NCBI GenBank assembly: GCA_030647255.1
Contig: JAUSJK010000048.1
Span: 32,540 to 96,539, forward strand
Origin: a bacterium
GTDB lineage: Bacteria; Patescibacteriota; Microgenomatia; UBA1406; GWC2-37-13
Length of the DNA: 64,000 nucleotides
Direction of reading: 5' to 3'
In this document: positions 57,704 to 64,000 of the stretch, in pieces
Layout: every line of letters begins with the position of its first letter
Numbering within the stretch: the first letter of the stretch is position 1
The notes under the pieces: generated by a model
Databases searched by the model: none
What the model was told of the DNA's origin: nothing
The model's input: the letters and a program-made list of their open reading frames with translations, nothing else
Made by a program: the position numbers and the translations under genes

Positions 57704-58891
57704 ATGAAGTTTCTTATTCATAATAGAAAAAAGATAGTGGTTATTTTCTTTTTAGGCGTCATTTTTCTTAGTCTCATAGGCGTAAATGTTCTTCGATACA
57801 AAGAAAATAAAAGTATTGTTTCCCAAAATCTCATCAACATAGGAGAAATTAGCGATATTACAGAAAAATTGAAGAATGCAGAAAAACAATTTTTAGATTT
57901 AAAAAAGGAAGATCAGAATAAGATAAATCAAACGTTAGCAAAGAGAATAGCTGATATAGAAGACACCTACAGATCAACCTTGACGATATATGAGAGCATA
58001 CAGGACTTACGTTCTCAGAAACAAAATGTAGACGATTTGGAAAAAAGTTTTGCTCTTGTGCTTAATATGTTGGCAACTGTAAATTATCCTTCCGCGTCTG
58101 CGAGTTTGAAAACCTTGAGTAAAAATATAGACACGATGAAGCAGAAAATGAACGAGACTACTTCATTTGCGTCCACAGCCATTGCAAGCAATACTCCACC
58201 AGCGTCAGGGTATCAGACCCAACGTGTAAAAGTAGGAGGAGCAGAGTTTACCGTAGGCATAGTGGCTGCCGATCTTAACACGACAAAAGTCATAGTCGAC
58301 ACGGCTTCCGACGGAACCTGTACAAATAACTGTCCTGTGCTGTCTCTTGGTGATTATGTATCTCGTAGCGGCGCTTTTGCAGGTATCAACGGCTCATATT
58401 TCTGTCCTGCTTCTTATCCCAGCTGTGCCGGAAAAGAAAATTCGTTCGACACTCTTTTGATGAATAAAAACAAAACGTATTTTAACAGTGACAACAATGT
58501 CTACAGCAGTGTTCCGGCCGTGATTTTCACCGGTAATTCAGCCCGTTTCATATCTCGTTCGAGTGATTGGGGACGCGATACGGGTGTGGATGCGGTTCTG
58601 GCCAATCAACCGCTTCTGGTATTAAACGGTGAATCGGTTTTTGGCGGTGACGATGAGGCAAAGCGATCGAGTCGGGGAATACGCAATTTTGTAGGAGCGA
58701 CGGGGAATATGGTATATATCGGAGCTGTGTATTCGGCTACGGCGGCTGAGGCGGCACAGGTTCTTAAAACTATGGGCATAGCTAACGCCTTAAATCTGGA
58801 TAGCGGCGGATCAAGCGCCATCTGGAGTGGGGGATATAAACTAGGACCGGGAAGAAATATTCCCAACGCCATCTTGTTTGTGCATAAATAG
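57704..58891 (+). CDS. Phosphodiester glycosidase (NAGPA) family protein with a coiled-coil stalk
   Basis: AGINGSYF, ALNLDSGGSS and GRNIPNAI motifs; TATACT-N6-ATG. Confidence 0.82.
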   Translation: MKFLIHNRKKIVVIFFLGVIFLSLIGVNVLRYKENKSIVSQNLINIGEISDITEKLKNAEKQFLDLKKEDQNKINQTLAKRIADIEDTYRSTLTIYESIQDLRSQKQNVDDLEKSFALVLNMLATVNYPSASASLKTLSKNIDTMKQKMNETTSFASTAIASNTPPASGYQTQRVKVGGAEFTVGIVAADLNTTKVIVDTASDGTCTNNCPVLSLGDYVSRSGAFAGINGSYFCPASYPSCAGKENSFDTLLMNKNKTYFNSDNNVYSSVPAVIFTGNSARFISRSSDWGRDTGVDAVLANQPLLVLNGESVFGGDDEAKRSSRGIRNFVGATGNMVYIGAVYSATAAEAAQVLKTMGIANALNLDSGGSSAIWSGGYKLGPGRNIPNAILFVHK

Positions 58892-58938
58892 ACATACTAC
58901 GTTTAGATAGCTCTTCATCACTATGATAAGATAATCTC

Positions 58939-59898
58939 ATGGACACACATTTACCTCCTTTATTTCTTGAACGATTGAAAGATCTCACAGAGAAAGCACA
59001 ACGATCATATGGCGAGGTATTAAATGCTCTTTGTGCGAGTCGCACAATATCTATTCGAGTCAATACGTTGCTTTCAACTAAGGAGTCTATATATCAAGAG
59101 TTAGAAAGGTTGAATATAAAGTTGGTAACCGTACCGTGGCATCAGAATGCTTTTATTTTAGAAAATACTTCAATTGCCGACGTGACAGAACTTCAACTTT
59201 ATAACGAAGGGAAGATATATATTCAGTCTCTTTCCAGTATGATACCGGCCCTAGTACTCAGTCCAAAATCGGAAGAAAAAGTGCTCGATATTGCGGCGGC
59301 TCCTGGAAGTAAGACTTCTCAGATAGCAGCTCTCATGGAGAATAAAGGCGAAATCGTAGCCAATGACATAAGTCAAAATCGGATATACAAACTTATCTCT
59401 ATTCTCAAAATGTCAGGTGTGGAAAATGTAAAAATAATGAACATTCCTGGAGAGCTCATATGGAAAAAATATCCGGAATATTTTGATAAAGTTCTTGTTG
59501 ATGTGCCATGTTCGATGGAAGGAAGATTCCGCTGTGATGATGCCGCGTCATACGAAGATTGGTCTACCGGAAAAATTAAAAAACTGGCCAAAATACAAAA
59601 ATGGATTTTGCGATCGGCCGTGAGTGCCGCCAAACCGGGAGGGACAATTGTTTATTCCACCTGTACATTGGCTCCAGAAGAAAACGAAGAAGTGATAGAT
59701 TGGCTGCTGGAGAAAGAAAAAGGCAAAGTAGTAACGGAAGATGTAGTTATACAAGGGTTTACATTTGATCAATCTCTTTCCAGCTGGAAAAATGCCGTTT
59801 TTTCTTCTCAAGTTGCCAAAACGAAGCGTATTTTTCCCCAAAAAAATATGGAAGGATTTTATATTGCCAAACTGAAGAAGGTATCTTCTACACTATGA
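58939..59898 (+). CDS. RsmB/RsmF (NOL1/NOP2) RNA m5C methyltransferase
   Basis: DIAAAPGSKT, DVPCS and YSTCTLAPEENE motifs. Confidence 0.92.
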   Translation: MDTHLPPLFLERLKDLTEKAQRSYGEVLNALCASRTISIRVNTLLSTKESIYQELERLNIKLVTVPWHQNAFILENTSIADVTELQLYNEGKIYIQSLSSMIPALVLSPKSEEKVLDIAAAPGSKTSQIAALMENKGEIVANDISQNRIYKLISILKMSGVENVKIMNIPGELIWKKYPEYFDKVLVDVPCSMEGRFRCDDAASYEDWSTGKIKKLAKIQKWILRSAVSAAKPGGTIVYSTCTLAPEENEEVIDWLLEKEKGKVVTEDVVIQGFTFDQSLSSWKNAVFSSQVAKTKRIFPQKNMEGFYIAKLKKVSSTL

Positions 59899-59961
59899 AG
59901 TCTTGATATCTGGTAGAATTCTTCCATGAGAACTTTAGCCTCTTACAAATTTTTTTAATCT

Positions 59962-60234
59962 ATGGATAATAATACGCTCGATGTGATTATAAAGAAACTG
60001 GACGCACTTGAACAAAAGATTTCTCATCTGGGCGGAGGAGAGAAATCAAAGGTGTCAACAAGTGAGGTGTCCGGTGGTATAGACCCGGTTTTTCTTCGCG
60101 CGCTTGATCTGATACAGGAATATGATGAAATAAGTGAGGAGATATTGGAAAAAAGACTCCAGATACCTCGGGACAGAGTTACTAAGATCATTGATACGCT
60201 TGTGAAAGCGGGCTATATTGAAGCAAGTGTTTAG
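59962..60234 (+). CDS. Stand-alone FtsK gamma-like wHTH protein
   Basis: DPVFLRALDLI..ISEEILEKRLQIPRDRVTKIIDTLVKAGYI. Confidence 0.6.
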   Translation: MDNNTLDVIIKKLDALEQKISHLGGGEKSKVSTSEVSGGIDPVFLRALDLIQEYDEISEEILEKRLQIPRDRVTKIIDTLVKAGYIEASV

Positions 60235-60264
60235 TATTTGGTATGGAATGTTAGAAAGTACTTC

Positions 60265-60378
60265 GTCATTCTGGGGAGGAATAGTTCGACAAGCTCACTA
60301 TGACGACTCCAGAATCGTTATCAACGAGTTAACTACGATCCTGGATGCGTCTCGCTTTGCGAGACTTACCAGGATGAC
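60265..60378. repeat. Composite CGTC-tagged palindromic element, copy F
   Basis: GTCATTCTGG..CCAGAATCG..CGATCCTGG..CCAGGATGAC. Confidence 0.85.
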
Positions 60379-60413
60379 ATAAATATAATAAAATGTTACA
60401 CGTTACATGTTGA

Positions 60414-60944
60414 ATGATGAACACTCTTCCTCAATACAAACGCTTGGTTCAAACATCCGTCACTAATTTTCTTCACTGTGGCGATGAATATCTTTTTATG
60501 GAGAGGCATCCCGGACAGTGGATCAATGCAGGAGAGATGAATGGAATTGGAGGGAGACTTGAGCCGGGTGAAAATTATCTTGACGCGGCGATCAGGGAAA
60601 CCAAGGAAGAAATAGGTCTTAATATAGATCCGAAACAGATAGAATTGTGCGGTATATTAAAAATAGATGGCGGATATGATGAAGATTGGGTCGTCGGAAT
60701 ATTTCGCATCTCTATATCTTCCAAAAATCTGCCTGTGGGTGATAAAACGCTCCAAGGAGATGCCTTACACTGGATACATAAAAATAAAGTTCTGACGGAA
60801 AATTACAAACTAGTCGACGATATTCGCTATATATTCAACGACGTGGCTGAAGGAAATCACCTCTTTTTTATGAACGCTGTATTAGATGAAAATAAAAAAA
60901 TAAAAAGTCATACATACTCAAAAATAGCACGACAGATAAAATAA
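60414..60944 (+). CDS. NUDIX hydrolase
   Basis: GGRLEPGENYLDAAIRETKEEIG. Confidence 0.88.
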   Translation: MMNTLPQYKRLVQTSVTNFLHCGDEYLFMERHPGQWINAGEMNGIGGRLEPGENYLDAAIRETKEEIGLNIDPKQIELCGILKIDGGYDEDWVVGIFRISISSKNLPVGDKTLQGDALHWIHKNKVLTENYKLVDDIRYIFNDVAEGNHLFFMNAVLDENKKIKSHTYSKIARQIK

Positions 60945-60988
60945 GTATTTTCTTTGACTTAACAAACTAAATTTGCTATCTTTATGGC

Positions 60989-61324
60989 ATGAATATCGTA
61001 ATGCGACTTCTTATAAATGGTCTTGCCGTATTTATCTCTTCCAAGATTATCCCGGGAGTTGTTGTAGATAGTTTTTTTACAGCCATTGTATTTGCCGTTG
61101 TTCTTGGGATAATCAATGTGATCATTAAGCCGATCTTGCTTATATTAACGCTCCCATTTAATATTGTGACACTCGGACTTTTTACTTTTATACTAAACGC
61201 ATTTCTGATACTTCTCGCGAGTTTATTTGTTCCAGGATTTAGTGTGCATGGATTTATTACCGCCCTTCTTTTCAGTCTGGTTCTGTCTCTGGTAAGTTCG
61301 TTTCTTAACTCATTGGCAAAATAA
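60989..61324 (+). CDS. YvlD / 4-TMS holin-family membrane protein
   Basis: IKPILLILTLPFNIVTLGLFTFILNA. Confidence 0.85.
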   Translation: MNIVMRLLINGLAVFISSKIIPGVVVDSFFTAIVFAVVLGIINVIIKPILLILTLPFNIVTLGLFTFILNAFLILLASLFVPGFSVHGFITALLFSLVLSLVSSFLNSLAK

Positions 61325-61339
61325 TAGTCGGTAGTATAT

Positions 61340-62530
61340 ATGCAAGATCAAATTGTCTGTCCTCACTGCCATAAACCGATTCCTCTGACACAGGCTCTCT
61401 CTCATCAGGTTCAGGAAAAGTATCAGCAATTTTATAAAAAGAGACTGGCTGAGGAAACTGAAAAAATTGCCGAATCAACCCGCAAAGAACTTGAAGTTAA
61501 GATAAAAAAAGAGATGGAACTGCAGATACGCGACCGACAGAATGAATCGCAGGAACTTCAGGAGAAAAATAAAAAGCTTCAAGAGCAACTTCTTGATACA
61601 AACAAACTGGTACGGCAAATTAAAACTGAACAAGAGCAGAAAGACCTCGAATTTGAAAAAAAACTAACCGAAGAACAGGAAAAAATCCGCGAACAAGTGA
61701 AGAGGCAGACGTATGAAGAACATCACCTGAAAGATCTCGAAAAAGATAAAAAACTGCAGGATGCCGTCGATATGGCCAATGAGTATAAACGTAAATTTGA
61801 ACAAGGATCACAGCAAACACAGGGTGAGGTCTTGGAAGAGGAGCTTGAAAGGTTGTTGAAGCGTGAATTTCCGTTTGATGAAATTAAGCCCGTTCCCAAA
61901 GGAGTCCGTGGAGCCGATATCCATCAGCTGATAAAAAACAACCGCGGAGCTCTATGCGGTTCTGTTGTGTGGGAGTTTAAACGTACGAAGAGCTGGAGTG
62001 GAGATTGGATTCAGAAATTAAAAGAAGACCAAAGAGGGCTAAAATCCGAGTTTGCGGTCATGGTTAGTCAGGTTTTGCCAAGCGAAATAAAAAGGTTTGG
62101 GATGAAGGAAGGCATTTGGATCACCGATTATGAATCTTTTCTCGGACTGGCAGTTGCTTTGCGCCAGCATCTCATCGGAATTTCGTCATTGAAACAGTCA
62201 ATCATTGGAAAAAATGAAAAGATGGAAGTTTTGTACGAATATCTCTCCGGTGTTGAGTTTACCCAGCGGGTTGAAGCAATCAACGAAGCATTCTCTGCTT
62301 TCCAGGAAGACATTGAGAAAGAAAGGCGTTTTTTTGCAAGCAAATGGGCAAAACAGGAAAAATCAATTCGCAAAGTAATTGATAACACGCTTGGTATGCG
62401 GGGAGACTTGGAAAGTATTATGGGAAAATCTTTAGGGGAGATGCATGGTCTTGAGATGCTGCCTTCAGGTGAATCCGAAAATATAAGAAAAACGGAGAAG
62501 TTATCAGAGAAATCTGATACGTTATTTTAA
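61340..62530 (+). CDS. DUF2130 coiled-coil protein
   Basis: CPHC, GSQQTQGEVLE, KGVRGAD and EFKRTKSW motifs. Confidence 0.85.
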   Translation: MQDQIVCPHCHKPIPLTQALSHQVQEKYQQFYKKRLAEETEKIAESTRKELEVKIKKEMELQIRDRQNESQELQEKNKKLQEQLLDTNKLVRQIKTEQEQKDLEFEKKLTEEQEKIREQVKRQTYEEHHLKDLEKDKKLQDAVDMANEYKRKFEQGSQQTQGEVLEEELERLLKREFPFDEIKPVPKGVRGADIHQLIKNNRGALCGSVVWEFKRTKSWSGDWIQKLKEDQRGLKSEFAVMVSQVLPSEIKRFGMKEGIWITDYESFLGLAVALRQHLIGISSLKQSIIGKNEKMEVLYEYLSGVEFTQRVEAINEAFSAFQEDIEKERRFFASKWAKQEKSIRKVIDNTLGMRGDLESIMGKSLGEMHGLEMLPSGESENIRKTEKLSEKSDTLF

Positions 62531-62533
62531 CAT

Positions 62534-63175
62534 ATGAAGTCCACATTTCTTGATCAACTGTTTCATGTATTGTCAAAATTCGTTATTATAGTTCCCGTTC
62601 TCATTATTTTATTTGTTCTGGTTACAAAAGGTGCCGGCGTGCTCAATTTGCACTCAGTACAAAAAAAAGAGGTTCCGACTCCTTCACCGTCGTCTTCTCC
62701 TAACGTTCCTTTACTTAGTCCGACAGTGGTTAGTTCGGAAAAAATATCACTCTCTCTCAGTGGTCCGCTTGTCTGTCATTATGATTCGTCTACCGCGACT
62801 GTGAGCGCAAAAATAAAAAATAAGAAAATAGCCGCTGAATTACAAAAAGAGAAACAAGTAGATAATGTGGTGGTCAATGGGGACTGTCTGTATCACTGGA
62901 AAAAGGGTACGATTGTTGGAGAGAAAATATGCGGTATTTCTTCTATGCTATCAATAGTAGATATGCTTTCCTCTTCCGGCCTTATGGATCCAAAAAGCAT
63001 AGTTGGGCTGATGGGCGGAGGATCTCAAATTCAGGGAATAGATGCGGATACTTTTAGTTCTGAAAATATTTCTCGTATGTGTCACAAAGAAGATATAGGT
63101 GAAGACAGTTTTATAGTTCCTTCATTTATCAGGTTTACGGATAAGAAACTGGAAGATATATCTGCGTTATTATAA
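62534..63175 (+). CDS. Membrane-anchored hypothetical protein
   Basis: N-terminal TM helix and P/S-rich linker. Confidence 0.6.
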   Translation: MKSTFLDQLFHVLSKFVIIVPVLIILFVLVTKGAGVLNLHSVQKKEVPTPSPSSSPNVPLLSPTVVSSEKISLSLSGPLVCHYDSSTATVSAKIKNKKIAAELQKEKQVDNVVVNGDCLYHWKKGTIVGEKICGISSMLSIVDMLSSSGLMDPKSIVGLMGGGSQIQGIDADTFSSENISRMCHKEDIGEDSFIVPSFIRFTDKKLEDISALL

Positions 63176-63176
63176 A

Positions 63177-63300
63177 TGCCCCGGCTACGACCTACTTTCC
63201 CCTACTCCGCTTTGGAGCGAGTATCATCGGCGCTGACTCGTTTCACGACCTTGTTCGGGATGGGAAAGGGTGGTACCAAGTCGCTCAAGTAACCAGGGCA
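63177..63300 (-). rRNA. rrf: 5S rRNA (stand-alone)
   Basis: Reverse complement TGCCCTGGTT..CACC..CCCATCCCGAAC..GTGAAAC..GCGCCGATGATACT..GGAAAGTAGGTCGTAGCCGGGGCA. Confidence 0.93.
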
Positions 63301-63305
63301 TACCT

Positions 63306-63334
63306 ATTATAAAATAAGGCTGTTAAAATAGCAA
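63306..63334 (-). promoter_or_regulatory. Dedicated 5S rRNA promoter
   Basis: Minus strand TTGCTA-N17-TATAAT, 5 nt before the 5S 5' end. Confidence 0.7.
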
Positions 63335-63359
63335 TACGATCAATGTTATAATATAAGAC

Positions 63360-63896
63360 ATGAACCCGACGGCGAGTTCGCACCATGCGCTTCATGCCTA
63401 TAATGTAAACCCAAATGCCCGATTTGAGACTCAATCACCGACGGAGCGGGTGATTCTTTTATTGCGGGCACATCCTTTTACCCAAATACCTTGGGTTGTA
63501 AATACTGGTTTTTTAGTACTGCTTTTGATTGTGGCTGATTTTTTTATACCTTTAGTATTAACTGGGCCACAGATATTATTTTTGAACGTCTTCAGTATAG
63601 TTTTCATTATAAGTTATGCATGGATTAACTTCCTCCATTGGTTTTTCAATGTAGGCCTGGTTACAAATGAACGTATTGTTGATATTGATTTCAGCCAGAT
63701 TATCTATAAAGAGGTGACGGCAACTAAATTGGAAAAAGTGGAAGACGTAACTTCAAAAAGCGCAGGGTATTTCGGATCGCTATTTAACTATGGCGATGTG
63801 TTTGTCCAAACTGCCGGGACAGAGGTAAATATTGAGTTTATCGAGATTCCTCGTCCAGGGGATGTTGTGGGAATTATCAATGAACTGGGGGGCTAA
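63360..63896 (+). CDS. Bacterial PH-domain membrane protein
   Basis: LRAHP, two TM helices, VTNERIVD, VEDVT and FNYGDVFVQTAG motifs. Confidence 0.8.
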   Translation: MNPTASSHHALHAYNVNPNARFETQSPTERVILLLRAHPFTQIPWVVNTGFLVLLLIVADFFIPLVLTGPQILFLNVFSIVFIISYAWINFLHWFFNVGLVTNERIVDIDFSQIIYKEVTATKLEKVEDVTSKSAGYFGSLFNYGDVFVQTAGTEVNIEFIEIPRPGDVVGIINELGG

Positions 63897-63898
63897 CT

Positions 63899-64000
63899 AT
63901 GAACATAGACCAATTACTACAATTTTTTGCAACGGGTAATTTATTTGCGTTTTTTTTTAAATCGTTCGCCATATTATTTGCCTTTCTGTATCTTGTGTAC
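63899..64000 (+). CDS. Partial membrane protein (runs off the window)
   Basis: MNIDQLLQFFATGNLFAFFFKSFAILFAFLYLVY... Confidence 0.5.
   Translation, partial: MNIDQLLQFFATGNLFAFFFKSFAILFAFLYLVY

Noticed and set aside
6002..60378. Palindromic repeats as CRISPR repeats or integron attC sites
   Set aside because: They are dispersed among housekeeping genes, lack regular spacers and RYYYAAC/GTTRRRY ends, and no integrase is present.
60989..61324. Prophage suggested by the holin-family and Bro-N genes
   Set aside because: YvlD-type proteins are common chromosomal genes, and no structural, terminase or integrase genes are present.
1125..62804. Numerous 60-160 aa ORFs antisense to or overlapping well-supported genes (for example 5008-5406, 6115-6609, 24572-25009, 55222-55659)
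   Set aside because: They are shadow ORFs with no recognisable motifs.

Overview
AT-rich bacterial chromosome segment using genetic code 11. The gene content, the many leaderless -10 promoters and the unlinked 5S rRNA suggest a Patescibacteria/CPR (Microgenomates-like) genome; this is an inference. The housekeeping backbone includes a zwf-gnd fusion, fba-fbp-gap-pgk, trmD, a Gld-like ABC transporter, gltX, purD/purF/purM, era, a malic enzyme, tRNA-Pro, tRNA-Gln and a stand-alone 5S rRNA. It is interrupted by a dead IS30 and a family of composite CGTC-tagged palindromic repeats. A large accessory region of about 28.1-52.6 kb starts at tRNA-Gln. It holds a GIY-YIG element, an array of small enzymes and gene stubs, an ATP-grasp/M14-peptidase pair, and Fic/RhuM/Bro-N modules bounded by nested direct repeats. 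It also holds an unusual type I R-M operon: HTH-fused HsdM, DUF3800 with a convergent small structured RNA that has its own promoter, HsdS, a small HEPN-like (RxxxxH) ORF, HsdR, an M48 protease, a PD-(D/E)XK nuclease and Fic. That operon is the best candidate for an undescribed system. All protein assignments come from motif recognition by eye; no database searches were run.
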